From Bacillota bacterium (GTDB taxonomy: Bacteria > Bacillota > Clostridia > Lachnospirales > Bianqueaceae), in contig JAFVHC010000024.1 in assembly GCA_017474705.1 (NCBI GenBank), positions 1 to 41,450 of the forward strand: a DNA stretch of 41,450 bases, in the 5' to 3' direction. A model generated the notes under the pieces. It did not search any database and was not told the origin of the DNA. It was given only the letters and a program-made list of their open reading frames with translations. A program made the translations under genes and the position numbers. Below are positions 1-7,795 of this stretch, piece by piece. Numbering within the stretch: position 1 is the stretch's first letter; every line of letters starts with the position of its first letter.

Positions 1-614
1 CAGCACAGATCCGCGCCGAGGTCCATGGGGTGCTGTGATGGTGTGAGAAAACGCAGGTACGCCCCGTGGGCGTTATCGACCGCAAGCAATACGTTATGAC
101 GATGGCAGACTGCGGCCAGGCTCCGCACATCGACCATATGGCCCAGATAATCTGGGCTCGTGATGTAGACGACATCCGGCTCCTCACGGCAGATCGCCTC
201 TTCCAGCGCTTCCGGCAGTATCGTACAGGCCTGATAGGATTCTCCCGGCAGAGGATACAGCCAGGACACGTCCAGATCCAGCAGCGCTGCTGCGCTCAGA
301 AACACTTTATGCGCGTTGCGGCCCGCCAGCACCTTTTTGCCACGGCCCAGCGTCGCAAGATACAGCATCGCCCGGATCGCCAAAGAGGAACCTTCCGTCG
401 AATAGAACGTCGGACACCCAAACAAGAGCGAAGCATTGGCCTCGCTCTCGGCTATGATGCCGGAAGCCTCGTACAAGCTGTCCGCCCCGTCGACTTCCGT
501 GATGTCCAACGGCTCTGCACCGATCGGGCCACGGCCTTTATGGCCTGGCATATGCAGACGGATGGGAGATGAATCTGCGTATCGTTTCACAAAATCATAA
601 ATAGGAGTATTCAT
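1..614 (-). CDS. Orn/Lys/Arg decarboxylase-family PLP-dependent enzyme, N-terminal ~204 codons (3' end beyond window)
   Basis: Absent from the ORF track because no stop lies in the window. My minus-strand translation from the ATG at 614-612 gives MNTPIYDFVKRYADSSPIRLHMPGHKGRGPIGAEPLDITEVDGADSLYEASG... The HMPGHKG N-terminus is typical of YaaO/SpeA-like decarboxylases. The ATG overlaps the upstream gene's TAA (TAATG). Confidence 0.75.
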   Translation of the reverse strand, partial: MNTPIYDFVKRYADSSPIRLHMPGHKGRGPIGAEPLDITEVDGADSLYEASGIIAESEANASLLFGCPTFYSTEGSSLAIRAMLYLATLGRGKKVLAGRNAHKVFLSAAALLDLDVSWLYPLPGESYQACTILPEALEEAICREEPDVVYITSPDYLGHMVDVRSLAAVCHRHNVLLAVDNAHGAYLRFLTPSQHPMDLGADLC

Positions 615-1372
615 TATTCCGGCTTTCTCAGTGTATACAGCACATACGTGTCTTTGAACACGACCAGGTCGCCGTTCTCGCATACGGTCCTTCGCAAGCC
701 TTCAAAGAATGCGGTCCGACCTGGTTCGGCGATCGTTAAATGATCGGAATGTGTGCCGCAGTAGGCGACGTACTCGTCGGCCGTCAACCGCCGCTCTCCA
801 AAAAACTCGTGCTTCTCAAGATCCACATAGCCGTAGGCTGGTCCGTTCGTATAATCGAACCTTTGGCGATACGGGATCTCCGGCTTATAGTACTGATCGT
901 AGACCTGCTGGATCTTCTGATACAGCGCTTCATTGGATGACCTGTATTCGCCGCTCGTCAGCATCATGGCCAGCATCCCGCCGGGCTTGAGCAGTTCAAA
1001 GGTCTTGCTATAGGCGACCTCCTCCGGGATCCACTGGATCGTCGCCGCGGAGTAGATCATGTCGAACTTCTGATCACCAAAATCGTGCGTGATGAAATCA
1101 TCGTTGATGATGTGGAAATTCGGGCACGCGCCGTATTTCTCCTGCATTTTGGCCGCCAGATGCGGTCCCAGCTCGATCGCGAGATAATCGCAGCCCGTCG
1201 CCAAAACAGAATCTGTCGCCTGACCGGTGCCCGGTCCCAGCTCCAGCACTTCAGAATCCACACCGATGCCCGCCTCCCGGATCAGGTGATCGAACAGTTC
1301 CTGACTGTAGCGCGGCCGCCAACGGTCGAACCGCTCCGGGATCGTATCAAAAATCTTCCTCAGCTCCATCAT
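614..1372 (-). CDS. class I SAM-dependent methyltransferase
   Basis: ORF 614..1435, trimmed to MMELRK (ATG at 1372 or 1369), which is preceded by GGAGGAAG. Motif I is VLELGPGTGQAT. The start overlaps the scfB 3' end by about 23-26 nt. Confidence 0.8.
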   Translation of the reverse strand: MMELRKIFDTIPERFDRWRPRYSQELFDHLIREAGIGVDSEVLELGPGTGQATDSVLATGCDYLAIELGPHLAAKMQEKYGACPNFHIINDDFITHDFGDQKFDMIYSAATIQWIPEEVAYSKTFELLKPGGMLAMMLTSGEYRSSNEALYQKIQQVYDQYYKPEIPYRQRFDYTNGPAYGYVDLEKHEFFGERRLTADEYVAYCGTHSDHLTIAEPGRTAFFEGLRRTVCENGDLVVFKDTYVLYTLRKPE

Positions 1373-2723
1373 CTTCCTCCGAGACCGCCAGCATGATGGC
1401 GCACTCCATGCGCTTCTTGAACAATTCGCAGCCATACTGATACACGCCCTTCACGCTGCCTGTGGCATGATAAGCATTGGCCGCACATCCACCGGAACAA
1501 TACAAGCGTGCCCAGCAGTTCCTGCAGTCCGGATGTGCGTACACGTTGCAGGAGGCGAATTCTTCCTGCACCTTCGCGTTGTCCACGCCGTGCCAGATGT
1601 CGCCCAGTTTGAAGGCTTCTTCTCCGACGAACTGATGGCAGGGATAGAGATCGCCCCATGGGGTGACCGCCATATATTCCGTGCCGGAACCGCATCCGGA
1701 GATGCGCTTGTAAATACATGGCCCGCCGGCCAGGTCCAGCATATAATGATAGAATGTGAAAGGCCTGCCTTCTCTGCGGCGCCGGCGCATGAGTTCCGCC
1801 AGGTCTTCATATTGTTTCAGAACGATCGGCAGATCCTCCTGTGTCAAAGCGGAGGGATCCTCCGGCGCGCAGACCACCGGTTCCATGGACAGTTCCGTGA
1901 ACCCTAGGTCGAGCATCGTTTTGATATCTTCCAGGAAATCAGGATTCGCATGGGTGAAGGTGCCGCGCATATAATAATTCTTTCCTTCGCGGGCATTCAC
2001 CAGTTTCTGGAACTTCGGCACGATCCTCTCCCAGCTGCCCTTGCCCGCGTAATCTACGCGGAACCGGTCATGGACCTCCTTACGGCCGTCCAGGCTCAGC
2101 ACCACGTTGCTCATCTCACGGTTGCAGAAATCGATCACGTCATCATCGATCAGGACGCCGTTGGTGGTCAGCGTAAAGCGGAAATTCTTGCCCTTCTCCT
2201 GCTCTACGCTGCGCGCGTAGGCGACCAACTGTTTGACCACGTCGAAATTCATCAACGGTTCCCCGCCGAAGAAATCCACCTCCAGATTGCGTCGGGTGCC
2301 GGAATTTTCGATCAGGAAGTCGAGCGCCTGCTTGCCCACCTCAAAACTCATGATAGCCCTGTCCCCATGATATTTGCCCTGGGACGCGAAACAGTAGGAA
2401 CAGTTGAGGTTGCAGGTATGGGCGACATGCAGGCACAAAGCCTTGACCACACCGGATGTCCGCTGTTTGAGTTCGCCTGCCATGGGCTCGAAGGTATCCG
2501 GGGCGAAGAGCATGCCCGCGTCCTTGAGCTCCGTGATCTGGTCATAACACTCCTGGATCTCCTCCTCCGGGACGTCCGGGTACGCCGCGGCGACTTTCTG
2601 CACCGCATCCGGCGCTTCATAGACTGCGATGAGATCATAGGCGATATCATCGACCACATGGACAGAGCCGGAGCACACGTCCAGCACGATATTGTAACCA
2701 CCGAGTTTATATTGATGGATCAT
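1347..2723 (-). CDS. scfB: radical SAM/SPASM thioether-forming SCIFF peptide maturase
   Basis: 458 aa. It has a CNLNCSYCFA CxxxCxxC radical-SAM motif and a Cys-rich C-terminal SPASM region (CGSGTEY...CHQF...CRNCWARLYCSGGCAANA). The N-terminus MIHQYKLGGYNIVLDVCSGSVHVVDD is typical of CteB-like enzymes. It sits in the same operon as a canonical SCIFF peptide. RBS is AAGGAGAA. Confidence 0.9.
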   Translation of the reverse strand: MIHQYKLGGYNIVLDVCSGSVHVVDDIAYDLIAVYEAPDAVQKVAAAYPDVPEEEIQECYDQITELKDAGMLFAPDTFEPMAGELKQRTSGVVKALCLHVAHTCNLNCSYCFASQGKYHGDRAIMSFEVGKQALDFLIENSGTRRNLEVDFFGGEPLMNFDVVKQLVAYARSVEQEKGKNFRFTLTTNGVLIDDDVIDFCNREMSNVVLSLDGRKEVHDRFRVDYAGKGSWERIVPKFQKLVNAREGKNYYMRGTFTHANPDFLEDIKTMLDLGFTELSMEPVVCAPEDPSALTQEDLPIVLKQYEDLAELMRRRRREGRPFTFYHYMLDLAGGPCIYKRISGCGSGTEYMAVTPWGDLYPCHQFVGEEAFKLGDIWHGVDNAKVQEEFASCNVYAHPDCRNCWARLYCSGGCAANAYHATGSVKGVYQYGCELFKKRMECAIMLAVSEEDDGAEEDF

Positions 2724-2746
2724 TGGTTTTCTCCTTACAGGATATA

Positions 2747-3958
2747 TTATGCTTGATCATTCCGGAAGAGCTTCCGGCTGGTCGCGATGAACATCAGGAT
2801 CATGCCAACACCGGTGACAGCCGCGCCGAACGCGAGGATCGTCTGCATGGGCAGGTGCTCCAGCATCCATCCACCGCCGATATTGGCCGCGACTCCGCAG
2901 ATCCCCGTGACGCCCACCGCCATGATGCTCTGTGCCTTGACCGAATCCCTGCGGCCTACGATGGAATTGATATAATAGACCGCGGCGACCATGTACAGAC
3001 CGGAGAAGAAGAACTGGATCAATTGGGATCCGATCAGCCATGTGGTATTGGGGATGAACATCATGGCCGTGAATTTAAGGAATCCGCCGATGGCACTGAC
3101 ACGCAGCATGGTCTCCGCCGAAAACTTCTTCATGATATACATGCCCAGGGCCACGGCCGGCATCTCCGCGAAGGCCATCACCGACAGCACAGTGCCCATT
3201 TCGGCCTCCCCGCCTCCATAATGCCGCACGAAAAAGATCATGTACGTGCTGGTCAGCATCTGCATGAAGAACACCAGCATGACGCTCAGAAGGAACAGGT
3301 CGTAGCGCGTGTATCTGCGGAAAAACTGCAGCAGATTGCTGGGTGCTTCCTCGTCCGCCACCGTCTGCCCCCGGGAGAGGACGACGTTGTCTGACTCCGG
3401 CTTCTTCATGAAGATGACCACGGCCATCATGAAGATCTGGATCCCGCAGAAGATCGGCAGCAGGATCTCCGTGCCGAAGGATTCAGTGATGCGGCCCATC
3501 ACGAAGCCGGCCAGCGCATAGCCCAGAGAGCCGATGCTGCGGGCCACGCCGAAGTTGATGTCCCGCCCTGCGGCGTTATACTGCAGGCAGAATGATACGG
3601 TCAGCGGGGAAAGGGTATTCATCAGGCTGAGTGCCGTGAACATGCAGATGAAAGACACCGCATAGGACTTGGGGATCAGCCACATGATTAAAGCGACCGC
3701 TGCGCCGCACAAAAGCAGTGCCAGGATGATCTGACGGACAGAGATCCGCTCGGACCGGTCCGCCAGGTCGGACAGCGTCGTTTGCAGGACGATGGTCAGC
3801 ACGGCACCTGTCGTTGTCACGTAACCGATCTCGGACGCGGTGAATCCGCGGCCGGACAAAAGGACCGCCGCGAAGGACGCGATGATCAGATAATCGATCC
3901 AATAGCTGAACTGAAGTGCAGAATACTCCACGTTCAGTCTGCGATCTGTTGTATCCAT
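2747..3958 (-). CDS. MFS transporter, 12-TM type
   Basis: ORF 2747..4138, trimmed to MDTTDRRLNVEYS (ATG at 3958). The upstream 60 codons of the track ORF run antisense-frame through the SCIFF gene and its terminator. The protein is hydrophobic and multi-helix throughout, with a central hydrophilic loop (KKPESDNVVLSRGQTVADEEAPSN). Confidence 0.8.
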   Translation of the reverse strand: MDTTDRRLNVEYSALQFSYWIDYLIIASFAAVLLSGRGFTASEIGYVTTTGAVLTIVLQTTLSDLADRSERISVRQIILALLLCGAAVALIMWLIPKSYAVSFICMFTALSLMNTLSPLTVSFCLQYNAAGRDINFGVARSIGSLGYALAGFVMGRITESFGTEILLPIFCGIQIFMMAVVIFMKKPESDNVVLSRGQTVADEEAPSNLLQFFRRYTRYDLFLLSVMLVFFMQMLTSTYMIFFVRHYGGGEAEMGTVLSVMAFAEMPAVALGMYIMKKFSAETMLRVSAIGGFLKFTAMMFIPNTTWLIGSQLIQFFFSGLYMVAAVYYINSIVGRRDSVKAQSIMAVGVTGICGVAANIGGGWMLEHLPMQTILAFGAAVTGVGMILMFIATSRKLFRNDQA

Positions 3959-3985
3959 ACTACTACCTTTACACTTCTTAATACA

Positions 3986-4012
3986 GGAAAAATGCCGCCT
4001 GGTACAGGCGGC
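3986..4012 (-). terminator. intrinsic terminator/attenuator between scfA and the MFS gene
   Basis: On the minus strand: GCCGCCUG-UAC-CAGGCGGC (8-bp GC-rich stem, plus coordinates 3994-4012), followed by AUUUUUCC. It lies 20 nt after the scfA stop. Confidence 0.65.
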
Positions 4013-4031
4013 TCTTTTCATTGGGTTGACA

Positions 4032-4175
4032 TTATTTCTTGTTTTCGCACTTCTGATTGGCAATGCCGCAGCTGGTCTTGCATGCGGACTGGCAGGAAGT
4101 CTGGCACTCGCCGCAGCCGCCTTTTTTGGCGCTCTCACACAGGTTGCGCGTAGTGATAGTCTTGATATGCTTCAT
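4032..4175 (-). CDS. scfA: SCIFF (six-cysteines-in-forty-five) ranthipeptide precursor, 47 aa
   Basis: Below the ORF-track size cutoff. My translation is MKHIKTITTRNLCESAKKGGCGECQTSCQSACKTSCGIANQKCENKK. The MKHIKT leader and the GGCGECQTSCQSACKTSC core match the family signature. RBS is GGGAGGA, 5 nt upstream of the ATG. Confidence 0.92.
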   Translation of the reverse strand: MKHIKTITTRNLCESAKKGGCGECQTSCQSACKTSCGIANQKCENKK

Positions 4176-4208
4176 GGTGGTCCTCCCTATTTTTCAAATC
4201 GTAAACTG

Positions 4209-4237
4209 ATTATAGCATGGAGGATGCCTCCTGTCAA
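4209..4237 (-). promoter_or_regulatory. perfect consensus SigA promoter for the scfA operon
   Basis: Minus strand: TTGACA (4237-4232), a 17-nt spacer, then TATAAT (4214-4209). The spacer contains the palindrome GGAGG-CAT-CCTCC (4219-4231). Confidence 0.75.
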
Positions 4238-4249
4238 CCGGGAAGGTCT

Positions 4250-4278
4250 TTGCAAAGTCCCGGCCAATATGATATCAT
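4250..4278 (+). promoter_or_regulatory. candidate promoter for the MATE gene
   Basis: TTGCAA (4250-4255), 17-nt spacer, TATCAT (4273-4278). It is divergent from the scfA promoter. Confidence 0.45.
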
Positions 4279-4300
4279 ATGCGTAAAGGAGGAATGTGTT

Positions 4301-5646
4301 TTGGCTTCGATCAACAATTTTACCGAAGGAAAGATCGCTGGTCCTCTGGTCCGCTTTACGATCCCTTTACTGCTGGCTTTCTGCCTGCAGTCCTTATACG
4401 GCGCCGTGGACCTGATGGTCGTCGGCCAGTTCGGTGTGCCAGCTGATGTTTCAGCGGTCTCCACCGGCAGCCAGATGATGCAGATGGTCCTGGTCGTGGT
4501 GGCCGGACTGTCCATGGGTGCGACCATCCTGCTGGGGCAGGCAGTCGGTGCAGGGAGATCCAAAGAATCCGGCAGTCTGATCGGCACCAGCATCACCTTC
4601 TTCATCGGTCTGGCACTGATCCTCACCGCACTCATGCTGCTGGTCACCGTTCCTTTCACCCGGCTCATGCAGGCTCCGAAAGAAGCTTTTGATAAGACCG
4701 TCACATACGTAAGGATCTGTTCCGTGGGCACGTTGTTCATCACTGCCTATAACGTGATCGGCTCCATCTTCCGCGGCATCGGAGATTCCCGCACGCCGCT
4801 TTTTACCGTTGCAGTTGCTACAGTGGTCAACATTATCGGCGATCTGGTCCTGGTCGCGGTCTTCCATATGGCGGCCGCCGGTGCGGCCATAGCGACCGTT
4901 GCCGCCCAGGGTGTCAGTGTCGTTTTGAGTCTGCTGCTGGTCCGCAGACAAGGCCTGCCTTTCTCCTTTGACAAGACCGATGTCCGGCTGGACAAGCGCC
5001 ATGCCCTTGACATCGTGAAACTGGGCATGCCCATCGCCCTGCAGGACGGATTGGTCTCCATCTCGTTCCTGGTCATCGCGGCCATCGTCAACAGCCTGGG
5101 CGTCATGGTCTCCGCCGGCGTCGGCGTGGCCGAGCGCGTCTGCGGGTTCATCATGCTCGTGCCCTCAGCCTTTTCCCAGGCACTTTCCACCTTTGTCGCC
5201 CAAAATACCGGTGCGAACAAACCGCAGCGGGCGATGCGCGGCACGATCATCGCCATGGCATCTCCTTCGCCATCGATGCTGTGATTGCTTACTTCAGTTT
5301 CTTCCATGGGGACCTGCTGGCCTCCATCTTCACTTCGGACAAGCAGCTGATCGCCTATGCCTGGGAATACCTGAAGGCCTACGCGATCGATACCCTGCTG
5401 GTCTCCTTCATGTTCTGCTTCATAGGTTACTTTACCGGTGTCGGACGTACGACCTTCTGCATGATCCAGGGGCTGATCTGCGCGTTCCTGGTGCGTGTTC
5501 CGGTCTCCTGGGTGATGAGCCGGCGCGTGCCGGTCAGCCTCTTCCACATCGGTCTTGCGACACCCAGTTCTTCCCTGGCCGGGATCCTGCTGTGTGTTGG
5601 ATTCCTGCTGTTCATACGAAACAAAGAGCAAAATAAGGGGGCGTGA
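4301..5646 (+). pseudogene. MATE family efflux transporter, interrupted by a 1-nt frameshift near 5257
   Basis: Track ORFs 4217..5284 and 5281..5646 are the two halves of one ~449-aa MATE protein. The likely start is TTG 4301, 8 nt after AAGGAGG. Inserting one G after ATG(5255-5257) restores ...QNTGANKPQRAMRGTIIAM-GISFAIDAVIAYFSFFHGDLLASIF... Confidence 0.8.
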
Positions 5647-5680
5647 AACAAGGGTGAATCTTTTTTCACAGCCCCTTTAC
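5637..5680 (+). terminator. weak terminator-like hairpin at the MATE 3' end
   Basis: GGGGC-GUGAAA ... UUUCAC-A-GCCCC, followed by only UUU. It overlaps the stop codon. Confidence 0.35.
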
Positions 5681-5695
5681 TAGAGAATTGGTCGT

Positions 5696-5915
5696 TTGGA
5701 GAGAAATCAGAAAAAAAGAAAATCGTCTCCAAAGAATTCCCATTTTTTCTGGAGACGATCATAAGGAGAGTCAATTGCTCTCCAATTTCAAAAGAATTTT
5801 ATATGGAGATGATTTGAAGATTTTCAATAAACTCTCCGGATTTTTGGAGAGGATTCTCTTTTTGCGGAAATCGTCTCCCGGAGACAAAATCAAGATCATC
5901 GGTTTCTTCTCCAAA
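5696..5915. repeat. AT-rich non-coding island dense in GGAGA / TCTCC inverted motifs with degenerate ~53-bp periodicity
   Basis: GGAGA occurs at about 5698, 5751, 5765, 5805, 5846 and 5880. TCTCC occurs at about 5726, 5779, 5833, 5873 and 5908. Stems include ATCGTCTCC/GGAGACGAT (5723-5759), GGAGAG/CTCTCC (5765-5783) and CTCTCC/GGAGAG (5832-5851). Confidence 0.6.
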
Positions 5916-5952
5916 AACGAAACTGAAAATGGTGAGAATCAGATACAACAAA

Positions 5953-5999
5953 TGAAAAAAGAGGCCGTGAAATAACGACAATCGTTACTTCATGGCCTC
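5953..5999 (-). terminator. intrinsic terminator of the SGNH hydrolase gene
   Basis: Minus strand: GAGGCCAUGAAGUAACGA-UUG-UCGUUAUUUCACGGCCUC, an ~18-bp stem with one wobble and one mismatch, followed by UUUUUUCAUUU. Confidence 0.8.
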
Positions 6000-6005
6000 C
6001 CAATT

Positions 6006-6725
6006 TTACTGCAGAAAGGGCAGCAATGCTTCCAGCACCGGTGCGTAGCCATCACCGTACATGTGCATGCCTTCGATGGTATATTCGGCCTTCATCTGGC
6101 CTTTTTCATCCTTGATGCCCGCGTTGCAGTCGATGAAGGTGGCGCCGATCTCCTCGGCTAGCTTTGCGACTGCCGCGTTGGCTGCGTTGACACGTGCATT
6201 GGTCCTCACCTTGAGGGCTTCTTTCATGAAGGGAATGTTCTCCGCCACTTCCGGGTTGACCGGATAATAGGCCATCATGAAGATCTTCGCCTCCGGCAGT
6301 CGCTCCTTGATCCTGTCAAGGATCTCGCGATAGCGCGCGATCAGACCCTCTTCCGTATAGTCCGGTGCGTTCAGATCGTTCGTGCCGATGTTGATGAAGA
6401 TCTTGTCCGGCTGCAGGTCAAACACACAAGCGTCCAGAGTCTCCAACAGTTCCTGCGTGGTGTAGCCGCCGATACCGCGGTTGTAGATGGTGTAGGGCAG
6501 CTGCTTGTCCAACAGCAGCTCGTAGATCGGAAACTGTTCCATCAGGCTGCTGCCGACGAACAGGATCTGATGCGGACGCACCAACTTGTTCAGGTGTTGA
6601 TACCTTACGACTTTATCCTTCTTGTCTGCCCGCATCCGCTCCATGAACTGTTCACGGATCGCAGCTTCTATCGCCTTTTGCTGCTCCGGTGTCAACTGCT
6701 GCATGATGTCACTGATATCGCTCAT
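6006..6725 (-). CDS. SGNH/GDSL-family hydrolase (esterase/lipase-like)
   Basis: 239 aa. Blocks seen: FVGSSLMEQFP (block I), NRGIGGYTT (block II), INIGTNDL (block III). RBS is GAAGGAGA. Confidence 0.75.
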   Translation of the reverse strand: MSDISDIMQQLTPEQQKAIEAAIREQFMERMRADKKDKVVRYQHLNKLVRPHQILFVGSSLMEQFPIYELLLDKQLPYTIYNRGIGGYTTQELLETLDACVFDLQPDKIFINIGTNDLNAPDYTEEGLIARYREILDRIKERLPEAKIFMMAYYPVNPEVAENIPFMKEALKVRTNARVNAANAAVAKLAEEIGATFIDCNAGIKDEKGQMKAEYTIEGMHMYGDGYAPVLEALLPFLQ

Positions 6726-6750
6726 GATAAATCTCCTTCGTTTTTTCTAT

Positions 6751-6779
6751 ATTATACGGCGAAGTGCAAGCAGATGCAA
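6751..6779 (-). promoter_or_regulatory. candidate promoter for the SGNH hydrolase gene
   Basis: Minus strand: TTGCAT (6779-6774), 17 nt, TATAAT (6756-6751). Confidence 0.5.
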
Positions 6780-6786
6780 GGTTCTG

Positions 6787-6822
6787 ACAAAAAAGAAGGA
6801 TCTTGGTCCACAAGATCCTTCT
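6787..6822 (-). terminator. intrinsic terminator after the acidic membrane-protein gene
   Basis: Perfect 12-bp stem AGAAGGAUCUUG/CAAGAUCCUUCU with a 5-nt loop. On the minus strand it is followed by UUUUUUG. The A-run on the other side makes it potentially bidirectional. Confidence 0.85.
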
Positions 6823-6828
6823 TACGTT

Positions 6829-7389
6829 TTATTCACCCAGTTTTAATGCCGCCTCATTCAATTTTTCGCTGCATCGCAGCAAGACCTCCGTATAATATAC
6901 GTCTTCTTCCTCCGTCAGATCCTTGTCCAACGCGTCTATTTTTCGTTCCTCTTCCTCGAGCTTGACCACAAACTCCAGATATTCTGCGATCAATTCAGCA
7001 TTCGTCGGATCTTCACTATAAACAGTAATGAACTCGCAGTACTCATCGATGAAAGCCTCATACGCATCGATCGCTTCTTTGACGTCGGGGCGGATGCCGG
7101 AGGCCTGAGATTCCTCGGCAGATTCTTCTTCTGCCGGCTCTTCTTCCTCAGGTTCTTCTGTTGGTTCCTTCTCAGGCTTTTCAGAGGAGGACTCCTCTTT
7201 CGAAGATTCTGCCTTTGAAAACTCTTCTTTTGACGTTTCTTCCCTTATCATTTGCTCCACGCGCGACGACGATCCTTCTCTGCGCGCCTCCCGTTCTTTA
7301 TCCTTCTTGTTTTTGCCGAAGAACCCCAGAACGGCCACTACAATGATCAGGACTATGATGATCGTAAATACACGTTTCAAGAATTTCAT
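6829..7389 (-). CDS. N-terminally membrane-anchored protein with a highly acidic Ser/Glu-rich linker and a helical C-terminal domain (function unknown)
   Basis: 186 aa. TM helix is VFTIIIVLIIVVAVLGFF. The low-complexity stretch is EESSSEKPEKEPTEEPEEEEPAEEESAEE. The C-terminal part is AIDAYEAFIDEYCEFITVY... The ATG overlaps the merR stop (TAATG). Confidence 0.7.
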   Translation of the reverse strand: MKFLKRVFTIIIVLIIVVAVLGFFGKNKKDKEREARREGSSSRVEQMIREETSKEEFSKAESSKEESSSEKPEKEPTEEPEEEEPAEEESAEESQASGIRPDVKEAIDAYEAFIDEYCEFITVYSEDPTNAELIAEYLEFVVKLEEEERKIDALDKDLTEEEDVYYTEVLLRCSEKLNEAALKLGE

Positions 7390-7727
7390 TATTCTTCCTC
7401 CCTATCGATAGATTCCAATGTTTCTTCCAACAATGCCAGGCGCGCCTCGATCCTCTGCATCTCCTTGTAGAGGAGTTGTTTCTGCTCCAGCAAAAGTACC
7501 CTCTCCTGTCCCCGATCATCCAGGATCGCCAGGATCTGAGGTTTATGCAGACCGATCTGCCGTAGAAGCGCGATCTTTTCCAGTTTTCTGAGCCCTTCCT
7601 CATCATAGAGTTTATAGGCGCCTTCATACTCCGTCGCCACCGCTGGTACGATCTGCTTATACTGGAACAGATGCTTACGGCTCAGACCTGTGCGTCTGCA
7701 CACTTCTCCCACACGATACAGTTTCAT
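7389..7727 (-). CDS. MerR-family transcriptional regulator (112 aa)
   Basis: ORF 7389..8042, trimmed to MKLYRVGEVCRRTGLSRKHLFQY (an N-terminal HTH typical of MerR). AAGGAGG lies 9 nt upstream of the ATG at 7727. A C-terminal coiled-coil is present. Confidence 0.8.
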   Translation of the reverse strand: MKLYRVGEVCRRTGLSRKHLFQYKQIVPAVATEYEGAYKLYDEEGLRKLEKIALLRQIGLHKPQILAILDDRGQERVLLLEQKQLLYKEMQRIEARLALLEETLESIDREEE

Positions 7728-7795
7728 CACTACAGTCCTCCTTTGCTTTCGTTCGCAAAGTGGACTTATGTTTCTGCGGCGCCGCCGCTCCGTTG

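Noticed and set aside
1347-2723. Radical-SAM/SPASM enzyme as the anaerobic sulfatase maturase for the sulfatase at 38040
   Set aside because: It lies in one operon with a canonical SCIFF peptide and has the CteB-like N-terminal peptide-recognition region. It is 36 kb from the sulfatase and in a different transcription unit.
2747-4138. 463-aa version of the MFS ORF reaching into the SCIFF gene
   Set aside because: The first 60 codons (MRAPKKAAAASARLP...) read through the scfA coding sequence and its terminator hairpin in another frame. The hydrophobic MFS body begins at the Met encoded at 3958.
4026-4286. 86-aa plus-strand ORF (MTLFLVFALLIGNAAAGLACG...)
   Set aside because: It is antisense to the unmistakable SCIFF precursor and its promoter, and has no RBS.
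5240-5290. Programmed ribosomal frameshifting at the three split genes (also near 9189 and near 30932)
   Set aside because: None of the sites has a slippery heptamer or a downstream stimulatory structure. Each is repaired by adding one G/C next to an identical base, which fits sequencing error or simple mutation.
5688-5975. 95-aa plus-strand ORF and 60-aa minus-strand ORF in the AT-rich island
   Set aside because: The 95-aa ORF has a TTG start with no RBS and low-complexity Lys/Glu/Ile content. The minus-strand ORF starts inside the SGNH gene terminator. Both traverse the GGAGA/TCTCC hairpins.
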